A stretch of 58,085 nucleotides of DNA, filler included, from Sphacelaria rigidula (taxonomy: Eukaryota), in the NCBI GenBank assembly GCA_964200075.2. It is 9 parts of 9 records of this genome, joined end to end, with 100 filler letters (N's around TTAATTAATTAA, not from the genome) between each part and the next. Parts side by side here need not be neighbours in the genome. Positions count along the whole stretch, not along the records: positions 6,467 to 12,832 come from CAXNAA020020506.1; positions 12,933 to 19,297 come from CAXNAA020020507.1; positions 19,398 to 25,762 come from CAXNAA020020508.1; 6 more parts are not named here. One strand, given 5' to 3'. Made by a program: the position numbers and the translations under genes. Shown here piece after piece: positions 10,988-23,891 of the stretch (positions within the stretch are counted from its first letter, which is position 1; the number at the start of each line of letters is the position of its first letter). The notes beneath the pieces were generated by a model, which was not told where the DNA came from, did not search any database, and was given only the letters and a program-made list of their open reading frames with translations.

Positions 10988-12707
10988 GCCCGGGCAAATC
11001 GCAAGTCTACGCTACGAGCTGGGCTAGCCCAGACATGGTAAGCTCTCAAAGCAATATCTCGTCGACGTGGACGAGTTGGGCCATAATCCGCATATTTTAC
11101 TAATCGTTCAACCAAGGGGAAGGTGCCCATCTGCTCAAACGTGTGGGCCCATATTTTTTCGTTGATTAAACTTCATGTCTGGTAATTCCCATACCTAACG
11201 GATATAGCGTCCATACAAAAATCTTTATTAAATCCCCGGTCGATGCATTCAGCAGATGACGACGAGTTTTGGTGTGGACATTCCCTGGAGCACGGGGAGA
11301 CGACGGATATCTCCTCCTTTACCCATTCGCAATTTATCTCGAGATATGGCGCACAAAATTTTCCATACTAAAATCAGTATATTACGAGCCGATGCACGAG
11401 ATTAACTAAACCTGGATATCGCGTCTCAGTTTTTGAGAGTTATGCTATAACAGCGGATCCTGAAAAGTAACGTTCATCTCGAACATCAGGTCCAAGTGGC
11501 ATATCTTTTTTGCAGGGACGACGCGAAACAGTGACACAGAGCGAAACCATCTTTCCCCCCAAAACTCCGCAACTGGGAATCATCAGTTAACAGCCTGGAT
11601 TCATTTTTGAGGCTCAACATCTAGGTGAGGTTCAATGGACCATCGAAATTTCATTTGCTTTGTCCAAAAGTCTCGGGATTCGCAACCGGTTTCGACCATA
11701 TAACCCTAACCCAGACGTTTCTGCACGGCAGGGCAAGGATGATGGTGAGCAGTCCAACAGAAAAAAACGCCGTGATCGATCGTGCGGTATTTGTTTTGAG
11801 CAGGACCTGCGTCTAAGCTCTACGGAACACGTAACAAACCATGCTGAGAACATACTTCTTTTGCCTGGTCATAGAGTTTTCGAGCGCCTCTTGTTGAGTA
11901 TCTGAGAGAGACTTCATACTGTTGCGCCGGCGACAACCGCCGTCAGCGGAACGATCCAATGCGGCGACAGACGCCAGCGATCTTTGAAACGCAGCATCAT
12001 TCAGCAGTCTGCTGAGATATACCGGCACACAAGAGTACAGCATCACTACAGCACAGCCGTGAGTTGGATAGAATGGATGCCCCACAATAAAGCTGCAGAC
12101 ACTCACAACGGGGGTAAGGGTTAGTCCCACGCTTGGGATTGTTTCGCCAGTAGCGCCCATGCAAGGCGCTTCATCCAGTCTGGACCAGCTATCACTCCTC
12201 GTATGGCCACTTCCGCCGTGGCTGTGTTGAGAACCGGTTTCGCGGTGAGGCTGTCGAACAATACTACTATAGTGCAACGCGCTTGCAAAATCCGGGCCGT
12301 TGTTTTAAAATTAGAACCCGCATCAGCTGCAGTTTGAATATCCCTCCTGACAGTCCGAAACGGGGTCTGATCCAGGGACGGAAACCACTAGCACCCTCCC
12401 CCTCAGATAGGATTTGTGACATCTTCGCAGGGTTAGGATTAGCGCCCAGGGGAAGTTCTGAAGGAGCGGATGGTTTTCTTGGACAGCAGTCGTTCATTGT
12501 AACGGGTATAAAGCGTTCAAGCAAGGAAATTTTGAACAGGGAAAGATGTACTACGATACCCCTAACTACTATGAACAGCGGATCCTAATTTTTGGGGTTG
12601 AAACAAAAAATGAGGTTGAAGTCGCATTTCTCTATTGCAGGAGAGATACGAAACAGTAACACAGAGCGAAAGTATCTTCCTCCCCAAAACTCCGCAGGAG
12701 GAGTTAA

Positions 12708-12808
12708 CCGTTAGACCGCGAGACTAGGTCACCTGCTGAATCGGCATCAATATTCACTTGAAAAGGTACACGTGGTCCAGATGGACTACCGGCACCGCGG
12801 TCCAAGGG
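12708..12808. mobile_element. 101-bp piggyBac-like MITE with TTAA target-site duplication
   Basis: TTAA|CCGTTAGACCGCG ... CGCGGTCCAAGGG|TTAA; the 13-bp TIRs match at 11/13 positions. Confidence 0.75.
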
Positions 12809-12949
12809 TTAAGCAACTCTGGCTAGGTGCACNNNNNNNNNNNNNNNNNNNNNNNNNNNNNNNNNNNNNNNNNNNNTTAATTAATTAANNNNNNNNNNNN
12901 NNNNNNNNNNNNNNNNNNNNNNNNNNNNNNNNAACCAGCGACTAACTTT

Positions 12950-13039
12950 TGTGACGGGTTAAGAGACTACCAACTAGACTACTGACCAGTCAGCGCTGAT
13001 TGGTCAGTAGACTAGTTGGTAGTCTCTTAAACCGTCACA
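12950..13039. repeat. 90-bp near-perfect palindrome
   Basis: TGTGACGGGTTAAGAGACTACCAACTAGACTACTGACCAGTCAGC|GCTGATTGGTCAGTAGACTAGTTGGTAGTCTCTTAAACCGTCACA has 3 mismatches and no spacer. Confidence 0.92.
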
Positions 13040-13354
13040 GCTATGACCGTCCCCGGGGCAGGGCTACATTCTTCTGGTCTTGAGAGTCCATGAGTTCCAC
13101 ACAATCCTTTGCCGAGATTTACACCGAAAATAATCTGATGAAAGTTGTTGGCTTGTAATGAACGACTCGTGTGTTCATCGTGGAGACTATGCAAGTTGCT
13201 GACATACAAGCGTGACATCGAATGGATGAACGATAAAGTTGAAGAACCATATACATGTATATATATATATATATGCTTGCACCATACAGTGAATAAGCAG
13301 GATTTGATGACATACAGGAAAATGGGCGAGGACGAAGGCTCAAGATGTCAAGGC

Positions 13355-13680
13355 CATGCTTGTTCGAACAGGTTGACAGGGGAGCCAGGACTTCCCATGC
13401 GTTCTCGAACAGGTTGGCAGGGGGCCAGGAGTTTCCCATGCGTGTTCGAACAGATTGACATGGGAGCCAGGATTTCCCATGTGTTTTCGAACAGGTTGAC
13501 AAGGGGCCAGGAGTTTCCCACGCGTGCTCGAACAGGTCGACAGGGACCCAGGGTTTTCCATGCGTGCCCGAACAGGTTGACAGGCATCCAGGAATTCCCA
13601 TGTTGCATGAACAGGTTGACAGGGAGCCAGGATTTTCCCATGTGTTTTCGAACAGGTTGACATGGAGCCAGAATCCCCTT
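13355..13680 (+). repeat. Minisatellite, ~41-bp unit x 8
   Basis: CGAACAGGTTGACAGGG.GCCAGGA.TTCCCATGCGTGTT starts at 13365, 13406, 13447, 13488, 13529, ~13569, ~13608 and 13649. Confidence 0.93.
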
Positions 13681-14045
13681 GGGAGTCCATGAAATTAGAC
13701 TCGGCTGTCCCCGACACGTGATACCCTGACCGAATGCACACGCGTTAACCTGTTTTGTCCGGTTACATTGCTGTCTCTCCGCTCTCCTTCCCCTTTCTTT
13801 TGTCCGCTGTCGTTATGCTGGTGAAGCGCTGCTATACATGTTACTTGTTTCGTCGTTTCTCACGCCGTTGATGATTGAGAATGGTTCCACCAGACACCGC
13901 CCTCGTGACTCTGGAATCATGGAGATTGTAATACACTGTCATGAACCACCCATAGTTTTTCAATCGGTGTTTTCACATTAATGTGGTACATGCGTGCAGG
14001 TTTCACGTGTCAAGTATCGCATAGTTAACCTCAAATCGGTGAAAA

Positions 14046-17000
14046 ATGAGTGGAAACCCCTTGAATCCTCGAGCCCAGCCCTTCTACCCGACGGGGTCCG
14101 TCCAACAGCCTCGTGCAAGCACCTTCCTCATGCAGCAGCAGGATGACGCACCCTCCCACGCGGCAGTAGGTTGTCGCACCTCCTCAGCAGCATCAGTCTT
14201 TTGTGCGTCCACCACTGCAGCAGATTTTCTGCGCCACGACAGTAACAGCAGTATTTTTGCGCTTTGGCAATAAAACACCGCTGAAGCGCCGCAAATGAAT
14301 TTGCTTAGTGCTTCTGACCAACGGTTTGCACAACCGATCTTTCCTCCGTGTCGTTTTTCAGCGGATACTTCCAGTATCTAGGTCTCCGTTGACACTGTTC
14401 ATCCCAGGCCAGGCGCAACCAGCAGTGTACATATTCCATGCTCAGCTGCTGCCGCCACTGCCGCCGCTGCCGCCGCCTCTGTAGCATCGATCTAGGAGCT
14501 AGGTTCCACCTAACCCGGTGGGTACGCATGCAAATTCATTGTATGGATCATTTCACCCGTTCGGGGCTACCCCTGCTTCGAACGCCATTTTAGCCGAAGC
14601 GAGTAGAAACGCTGCACAGCAGCTGTGGGTATGAGCTGAGGTTTGGCACCACAGCAATAGTAGCCACCGCATACCAGTAACGGTGTTACTGGGCACCGGG
14701 GCAGAGGGAGGGGAGCTATGCATCGAGACAGTGGTGGAGGTTGTTGGTGACGTGGGGTAATATAGCAAATAAGTTGCAACGACAGGGAGCAGGAATTTTA
14801 AGGTCCGCTAACCCTAGTAACAGTACGATACCTCCGATGAAGATTCTAGGGTCAGCGGTAATTCCTATTCGATTCCACACAGAGAATAAGTCAATAAAGA
14901 TATGGGTCCGGGTGGTCCATGGATTACCATATGGATTTATTTCGGGAGCGAGTTTATTCAGGAGAAATAAGAGCACGTTATTTTTCGAAGTGCGATCGAG
15001 ATTTCGGCCTTCGCCGGAGGCGCCGTGTGTACGGCTCGTGTCTAACAGTCCCCCAAAACTCGGAGCTGGTGACCCCGACCACCTCACCAGTCAAGGAGGT
15101 TCGGCAACTTTGGACCTCTTCCGTGCTGTCGAGCCAAGCGCGCTCGGTGACGACTCGACGGGGAGGTTGTCTGGTCGGAGCGGACTTGCTGCATCGAATG
15201 AGGTGTGGAAAAGCCTTGGAGTGGCGTGGGGGGACAATGCCACACTGCAGTGGCTGCTGCATCTAACGGAGGACGTAATCTCAGAAGGTTCCGCTAGCAA
15301 GCTAGTCCCGGGCTACGTGCTGTCGACGCTAGCATGGACAGCCGCCTGCGTCACGGTTCGAAATAAGGACGGAGACGGTAGTTTACGACTATGTCAAGAC
15401 TATCGTGGACTGAACCAACTTCAGGTATATGCAGACCATGTATAGTGGGCTAGCAGAATCCAAGTACTCTACGAGTATTGATCTAGCGAATGGGTTATTC
15501 CAGTTGGAGGTGGAGGAAGTATTCTGGCAGCCAAAGAGTTCGTGGAAGTGATACGCTGATGCGGACTGGAAGGCGTTGAATTGTGTTGGAGTAAACCAGA
15601 TTGGAAAGGGAGTCAGCATTAGCCAGCGTCGACAAAGAGTTGGTCGAGGCATTCCTCTCATCAACGTCTGTGACAACGCTGATCTTAGAGAGTACTGCTG
15701 TGATGGTGCGCTCTCCTTGTGGGAACGAGCTGAGTGTCTCACTGAGCAGGCCTCAGTGTCAGCCGTGCAGGGGGCGCACCGTATCGGAAGAGACGAACCT
15801 ATGTGGTCGCCTTGAAAGCTGATCGTCGGAGGAAAGGACAACTGCGAGCGTGGAAGCAGTGAGTGGAAGCGTACACCGTCGTCCGCCCCACGTTGGGTTA
15901 GCGATAAGGGCGGACAGGTCTTTATTTTTCTGGTGCCGACACAGGACGAGGCGATTCACACTTCCGAGAAGCCGATGCCCAGATTATCTCGTTCTCAGTT
16001 GACGAAAGGAAAACCAAGGCGTGAGGAATTCAGACCCTATGGGGCGGATGCAGGTGGATAGGAAGAAGCAGTCAAGCTGGAAAGAGACGATTTCGTGAAA
16101 GTTGCGACTACTCTCGACTGTTACGAGACACCACCCCGGTGAATATCGACGCCATGCCATAGATTGTGACTAATTTCGTTCACCCGTGGATGATGAAGGT
16201 TCTATCAAATGGAAGCGGAAGGTTTGTTTAGCCTGACTCATATCCAGGGTGAGGATGAGGATTTGAGCACGTTCGCTACGATATGGCCCCGTGACGAAGT
16301 AGAGTTGCCAGAGACTTGGGGAGCCGCTGTAACGCGTTCGTCGGTTCAAGAGGCAAAGCGGAAGTCAGACCAAGACCCTGGTGGGGGGGAGGCTTCAACT
16401 GAGGAGCCACGGATACCAGGTAAAGGTAGCCCTCAGACCGTTCTCAAGCAGGCGAGAGCGAGTCTGATGAACAAGCCGCGACTAGTTTTGATGCAAGAGC
16501 GGGACTCCCCGCTTGGGCCCATCAGGCATAGGTTAATGTAGGAGAATAAGGACAAAGAAACAGGTAGGAGGCAGGAAGCGTACGTTTCAAAATGATGATG
16601 ATCTTTTATGGTATACCTCACCTAGGGCGCCAGGTAAGTTGGCTATTCCACGCAGTCTAGTGCCTGGCCTGCTCGCGTTGGTGCACCCTACGCATGGGCA
16701 CGCCGGAGTGATGAAAACGACTGTAGTGGTCGACGCACGTCATGAGTGACCCGATCTTTTCGCCGACACTCGCAAATACATGCTGTCTTGTGGATGTTGC
16801 CGACGCAAACGTAGTAGTAGTTACACCATAACGAGGCGACCCGCCCGCTTCTTGCAGTTCTAGGATATGAAGAAGATTTCTCCTTTTGGTAATAAGTACT
16901 TGTTGGTTGTTATGGATCGAGCAACCAAGTTCTCTTTGCTCTCCCACTAGCAGCCAAGGTTACTGAGCACGTAGTTAAGGGTCTGCTTAAACTGTTCTTG

Positions 17001-18050
17001 ACGCTCGAAACGCTCTATTTCCTTAGAAGTGACGCTGGGGGGGAGTTCACTTCGGAAGTAGTAAACCATGTATGCCATGTGGATGAAGGTGAAACTGGAT
17101 CATCGTCCCGCAGATTTCCCTCGCGATCAGGGCGCGGCGGAAACATACGGAGAGTGATTGCATGGCGTTTTAACCGAGCTATGTAAGCAGCGGCTGAAAT
17201 GGTGGGACGAGTATGTGGATGCTGCTGTATGGATTCATCATACTACTTCCGACCAGTCACTGCCGCATAACCCAAGGCGATTAATGCTGCTTTTGAGCGC
17301 GAGCCTCGCATCCAAGTCGACTGACTCTGTGTCAACTGAGGCAGAATCCCTACCGTTGAATAATACGATAGAGTAACAGCGACAAAGTTGAAGGACGTTC
17401 ATGAGCTGTTAACCCAACACCACCGGCGTAGGGAAGAGGTATAAGATATGATGCCAGTCAAAGAGTCTGACAGCTCCCTTCTAAACGAAGATGTACCGGC
17501 CAAATCAGTACACGACTTGTGGACTGGGCCGGGGACGGTGCAGCAGGTGGTGATACCAGATCTTAATCTTGAAGTCAAAATGCAAGTGCGTAAAGTACAA
17601 GAGCGAACGATGTTCGCGGCCAACGTGAAGAAATTTCATGTGCGCCCAGAACAGCTGCAGCACTCATTTCCAGGCGAGGTCTTCCAGCTAGTTGTGGGGG
17701 GCAGATTAAGGGTCGGCTGAGGACACCACGTCCATACCTCTACTATATACTCTAACGAATGGGAAAGCAGTGCTGGCCCCAGGATCGTGCGTGTTGGAAC
17801 ATCAACGGTTGTTTCACGACGGAGCTGAGCCACACTGGCTCTCACAGAAGAGGCTTTGGACAGTTTCACTGAGTAGCAGTTAGACGTGTTCCATGCGTTG
17901 TGGGACTTATATTACCCGCAGACCAGGCCACGTCCATCTGATACATCATCTCGAGCAGAAAGGGACTCGATTGCGCGGTAGATTCCCCGAGGTACCAAGA
18001 TCCGCAAACGGTTTAAGGACAGCCCAGAGCGGTTGACAGGGACAATAATT
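14046..18050 (+). pseudogene. Heavily decayed Ty3/Gypsy gag-pol (protease, partial RT, RNase H, integrase)
   Basis: Protease-like LRSANP...MKILGSAVIPIRF...VRVVHGLPYGFISG; RT motifs KDGDGSLRLCQDYRGLNQL and STSIDLANGLFQL; integrase-region HGHAGV.KT, LRSDAGGEFTSEVVNHVC and WWDEYVDAAVWIH. Many stops and frameshifts, and the RT core is largely deleted. Confidence 0.85.
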
Positions 18051-18380
18051 TCTCCGGACTGGATGGCATTGTTTCTGTACGGTGTTTAAATTTCCTACGT
18101 GGTCTAACCCTGCGGAGTGGTCAACAACATCAAGAACTTCTTCGGACGGGATGGGATCGTTGCTGTACGGTGTTTAAATTCCCTACGTGGTCTAACCCGG
18201 AAGAGCGAACAACAAGATCAAGGACTTCTCCGGACTAGATAGGATCGTTGCTGTACGGTGTTTGAATTCCCCACGTGGTCTAACCCGGCAGAGAGATCTA
18301 CAAGAGCGGGAGTTGCCGAGACTGTTCGAGATTGTTCTGCATGGTGTTTGAATTCCCTACGTGGTCTTACCCGGCAGAAC
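18050..18380 (+). repeat. Tandem array (~88-bp unit x ~4) in the Gypsy 3' UTR
   Basis: TTCT.CGGAC..GAT.GGATCGTTGCTGTACGGTGTTT.AATTCCCTACGTGGTCTAACCC at 18050, 18138 and 18226, plus a partial fourth copy. Confidence 0.9.
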
Positions 18381-18509
18381 GGTTACCAAGATCGACGGCT
18401 ACACGAAACCAACGCCGAATACTCGAAGACGAGGAACATGGTAAAGCGGCGATCCATCGTCGAACCACGTTCAGTCCCAGGGTTTGTCAACCCTGGGCCT
18501 GAGGGGGGG

Positions 18510-19124
18510 TGTTACGGATCGCGGCATACATGGACGTAGGGCAGTACGATGATGGGCCCGTCTATCTGATGGAAAAGACCCGGGGGGCTGACTGCGGGAA
18601 CTGGCAATGTGCCGCAGTCAGGGGTGAGGATGTTTGAGCCCGTACAAAGACGGTTACATAAACATACCTCTTTACATCCGACTTGAACTCGGTTCTTGCA
18701 GAATCGATGAAAGCCGGCACCCTGGTTTTAATCCTCTGGAACGAAAATGAAGTTACCCGGAACGAGCTAAAAACCACCATTACAAAAGAAAAACCGAATC
18801 GGCCATGAAGCTGTGATCAAGATACCCTGACATTCAGGATAAGCTGTTCTGCGTTCAACTGAACATCCCTTGTGCTGGAAAACCGTTTTGCCCTGCGATG
18901 ATGGTGAGCGAGTACGTACAAATCAATGCATACTGTACTGTACATGGATAAATATGCCGCATGTTCGGTTGAAGTAGGAATTTTCACTTTATGCCCCGTC
19001 TTGTGAAGATCCGCCAAAACAGTGCTTGAGCAGCGATCATGATAACCATAACACCTGAGACAGCAGTAGAAACAAACTAGTGCGCGGACAAGCCGGAGAG
19101 GCAACTTACAGACTCTCTGTAACA
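18510..19124 (+). mobile_element. 3' LTR of the Gypsy element (615 bp), preceded by a polypurine tract
   Basis: GAGGGGGGG|TGTTAC...GTAACA: canonical TG...CA ends with a 6-bp terminal inverted repeat, immediately after the PPT. Confidence 0.8.
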
Positions 19125-20194
19125 CAGCAACAAACTAGCTACGAGTGACGTATATCGCGACGCAGCGAAAGTGCCAGAACGGATACAAATCTCGTGTACA
19201 GATGTCCGTGGTCACCGGTTGGGGAAGCACGGAACAACAAATTGTGCGAATTGAGGTTTAACTTCGAGATGAGGCTCAAGCCCAAAACAGTGCTTTCNNN
19301 NNNNNNNNNNNNNNNNNNNNNNNNNNNNNNNNNNNNNNNNNTTAATTAATTAANNNNNNNNNNNNNNNNNNNNNNNNNNNNNNNNNNNNNNNNNNNNAGC
19401 GCGCAATGTTCACCTCCAAAGATTGTACACAAGAGGATAGATGGGTATCCATTGCGGGGAGCATTTTTGTCTGCCGTCGATGGGCACATGTACATATTAT
19501 TTACACCCAGCGCGCAATGTTCACATCCAAAGAATCTAGACAAGAAGTTGTATCGATATCTATTGTGGAGAACAATGACTGCAACTTATTTTTGGCCATA
19601 TCCATCGCCGGAAACAATGTACTGGGTGATGTTGTCATCGATATATATCTTTACTGGCAATGATGTGTGAAATATTACGCGGAGGGGCACTGGTCGGTAA
19701 CGATAAATTTTGGTTCATGCCACCGATACACATCGTGCATGGAAATGGACAATGAAAAACTCATGTCAATACACATGGTCCTTCGCCATAGATTCCGCAA
19801 ATTTCCATCAATATAAATGGTCAATAACAATGAATTTTCGAAACGTTCCATCGATATACATAGTCACCAGCAATGGATTTTCATTTCTTGTGTCAATACA
19901 CATGGTCAGGGTAATGGACGGAGAAATTTCCTCGTTGATAGCCATTACGATCGAGAATATACTCGTCTACTACGGTGAATTCTATTGCTGCAGTAATAGA
20001 TGCCTTCTATTGTCCAGGGTGTGATTCATTTCTCTGTTACGTTCGTTATGATATTGGAGGGAGAATCTCGGTTGTTTTCCGGCTTGATATGGGACATTAG
20101 ACATATATGTTATTTTCCGCGATTACACGTTCATGTTTGAGCTGCGTTTTGATAGACCGAAGAAGAACACCGGTGGGCACTCGGCTACACCTCG

Positions 20195-20560
20195 TGGGGT
20201 GCCTGTCAAGGCAAACACCCGGTGGAGACCCTGTGATGACCTTGAACAGGGCATGGAACCCTGCCAGGGTCGCTTGACAGTACCTTGTCGGTACGAATAT
20301 CTTGACAGGGTTTGATGGTAACACCTTCTACATTTGTAGACCTTGCACAAGGTGGTGTGTCAATACCTCGCACCAAGACTGACCTTGGCATGGTGATACC
20401 CCATACCCTAGACAACTCTTCACCCTGGCAAGGTAATGTTACGATACCTTGTGCTAAGGTGCACCTTGACAGGGTGATGTTTCCATATCTTGTGCACGGA
20501 CCCATACAGGCAGGTAATATTTCGATACCCTGGGCGAGCATCACGTTGGCAGGGTAATGT
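20195..20560. repeat. Array of imperfect palindromes ACCYTGNCARGGT with short spacers
   Basis: About 12 copies, e.g. ACCCTGCCAGGGT at 20258, ACCTTGCACAAGGT at 20340, ACCCTGGCAAGGT at 20422 and ACCTTGACAGGGT at 20463. Confidence 0.7.
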
Positions 20561-23500
20561 TTCGATACCTTATACACCATACGCACGCAGGGTTTCGCAA
20601 CAACCCACTGTCTGCGGTGCTATTAGTCCAGGCGAGTACGCTGCACAGTCGTTTTTTCCAGTGCATATACTGTACTCGATACAGAAGTGAACATGAGCGG
20701 TCAGCACACCGAGGGAAATAATACTCTGAGTAAATGGTGAGGGTAGGAATCAAACCAACGCACGAGGTATCTCGGGTGTTAGAGGTAACCTTTAGGAGCT
20801 GACATTCCAAGCAGCTACACAACCTCGTTAGAAAATGAGCCGTGGACGTTTTCTTGGCGCGTGGTCGCGAAGGCTGGCGCCAGTGGCAGCTAAGCCAATC
20901 GAGCATATGTATGCAGCGCTAGGAGTGTAGACAGAAAATGGACTTCGAGGTGCTGCTTGTGGGCAAGACAGCCCAGAACAACCTACGGAGTAGAACGTGG
21001 TCGACAAAGAAGCGAGCAACAATGAAGGGAGGTTGTTGTATAATATCACCCTAGACCCAGATATCAGAAACAGTACCGGCGATGACACCGCTATTCAATG
21101 CGAGCTGGGCCAGCTGAAAAGCTGCCAAACGTTGCTCACACCATAGCTTTCCCAGTTTCTCGAATGAAGCCGATGTAAGCATATCACTGTGAACTGCTGA
21201 CTCACCTGATGACAAAGAACTGCGTCGCTGTTCGATTAGCGTCGTATTGCCGATGACAATATTTTACTGCATAGAGTAAAAGTTGGGTCTGATATCGTTG
21301 AGCGATAGCGTGTGGGAGTGCGTTTGTTTTTTTAATGCGGCGGGTTCATGTCAGCGATCACCCTGCACTGGGTATTAGTTGTGATGGTAAATGAGTGCCT
21401 GAATTAAAACTAGTTCCTTGTGGATATGCAGATGGTCCCGAGAAACGACCAGCGGGTATGGAAAGATTCTAGTCGAATGTGTGTTTGTATAAGGCAGGAT
21501 TCGATCCTTGTACTTTTGACGCAGCGGGTTGAAGGTAAAACGATTGTGCCCGATTAGCCGCGTGTACCTGCTGCTACTACAGCTTTGATTGGCTTGAGGT
21601 ACAGTGCGTCATGCTGATTTGTATATGACAAGATAATATGCGTAGCTGTGAGCCTTGAGGGTAATCGTGAGCACCATCGCCCACCAAGCCCACTTGCGAT
21701 TCACCTGTCAGAGAAAGGCCTGCCGTAGAACGAATCACAAGAAGGGCCATCAGCTTTCATCTGTTCTGCGCGACGTCTCCCCTTCTGCCGGCAAGCTGTG
21801 ACAAGCTAAAACACGAGTAAGTCACAAGTAATATAGCCCCCCTTGATGTTCAGTGGTGTTTCCTTTACAGAGAGAGCTCGGTGCTTACCTTCAGTAACAG
21901 CTGTCTGCTGTTGACGAGTGCCTTGTGCGAGAGGAACCTACAGTTTGAGTTACGAGCCGAAAGCAGGACCAGTGCGTCACATACTCACCCATCTTGGGTT
22001 ATGGCTTGCTTTGCTTTCAATGCTACCACACATGGGGCTTTAGAGGTAGCTTGTTTCATTCAAGCTGTACGGTTTTTCTCTTTCGATCGGCCGCTGCTTA
22101 CACACAGCCAAACACCAGCTCACGGTTTTTTCTCGAAAACCGTGTATTTTCGGCTCTCGTTTTCACTTAATATTTGTGTACAGGATTTAGCGGTGTAATA
22201 CACCAAGGTAAATAGAGAGTTTCTTAGACAGCTGTTCTCTCGTTTACTCGGAGTTTGACGAGACATCCCGACTCGAGTTAGCTGCCGGACTGCGATGTGT
22301 CATACAGTTCCCACGTTGGTTTCAAGCAACGATGACCGAACCATGAGGCGCTTCAGGTATGAACGCACACGCAAACCCTTTTTTGCTGCACAAGCATATT
22401 CCCCTCAACCTGCAGGTCATATCGACGGTACAAGCCAACCCTCTGCGGCGGATACGCTCTCCCTGGTAACGGTATACACCGCACAGAGAACGCATAGCGT
22501 TTTCATGCACACTCGATCTGAAGTGCCGTGTCCTTTTTCACCCACGGGCGTTTCTCGGATATTAAAGCCGCTCACACGTTCCTTGTTTAGATACGCCCCT
22601 CAAGGGTCCGTAGCCTTTCCACCGCCCTCCCGACCACCTGCCACCGCAAGCGCCCCTGTTCACAGTCCGTCGATTCTGTATCAACCGAATCGACCGACAT
22701 GTGTCCAAACACACGCCGATTCATGCTTGCAGGTAGAGAGTTCGCGGGCTACTTCAATCGCCGCCCGCTGTACATACGACGTTTCTTGCCCAAACTCGGA
22801 ACGTTGAGCCACCATGCGCACCGAATCATATCGATGCGGCATGATGGACCAGGATAAGAATGTTGTCTGTACACGAGCATGATTGAACACGGCGATGCGC
22901 GAGGCTCATGTTACTTGTACACAAGCGCTCGACTCTGTACTTTTGTTTCTTTTGCACGGCACCAGTGTATACTACAGTTTGATTGCCGCCCCACCAACAC
23001 GCACTACAGTACATGCTTGGTCGTCCAGAAGGCCACTCACCTTTCCCGTTGAAATATTGTTCCGAATTAAAGTACTGACGAGAGTACAGCACCGTTTCAA
23101 TTACAAATGGTCCCAGCGGGGAATATCTTGCGGACGGTGAGGTGCCGTACTGTAGCATGCGTTGGTACTGCTACACTATCTGAACGAAGTCATCTATATT
23201 GCATTGTAGATATGAACACGGCGCGGGCATAACGTTGTGTCGGATTTTTTTTCATGTGATGCAAACAAATTGATATCGCAATGCACTGTCGACCACGCCC
23301 GCTGGACCACGTGAAGATCATGTGTACTGTACTGTGCCACACAGCATTTCGTTGCCTGGTGCTTTTTACGCTGCTGTCTGCACCGCACTACACATTTATT
23401 AACTGTCCACCTGTACGATGTACGTCACCAAGACTCCAACGCGGCTATTTTCAGTGAACTAGGCGGTGCTGTTATATGAGTATCGCCAGCTACGCTGATA

Positions 23501-23891
23501 TTGCCTCTGGAAATACGATACGGCATCCGACAGAGGTGTTTTTTTTCTCTCAACCTCAACATGTTCTCAAGACAAAACTGAGCGGTTGACGTTGCGGTTC
23601 GCTGCGTCCCACACGTATATCCCTTCATGGCATGCAGGCTGTCCAATGAGCTGTTGCGCTGATGACCGTCACTGTATGTGTTGGTTGTGACAACTTTCGT
23701 TTGTCTCTTTGCTGCTACACTTTGTCCACCAACGCACACACGTACGGGTTGTTCTGTGCCTTCGGCATAGTTTTTTTTTCCTTTCGTCTGCGCCTGATTG
23801 AAAAGGTGGTGGACCTCATGCATGTGGGGAGTGCGCAGAACTACATGTCGATCGACTGTCGACAGTACCCTGCCACCCTATTCCTTTAGTT

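Larger units (their letters stand above)
7440..12260. repeat. Long diverged inverted repeat pair (arms ~7440-8435 and ~11620-12260)
   Basis: GTGATAGCTGGTTTAGACTGGATTAAGCGC..CATGGGCGCTACTGGCGAAA..TCCCAAGCGTGGG (7505-7574) is reverse-complementary to ~12125-12200, and 8213-8430 to ~11620-11835. Confidence 0.8.

Noticed and set aside
13355..13680. 41-bp repeat array as a CRISPR
   Set aside because: The units are contiguous with no unique spacers, there are no cas genes and the context is eukaryotic. It is a minisatellite.
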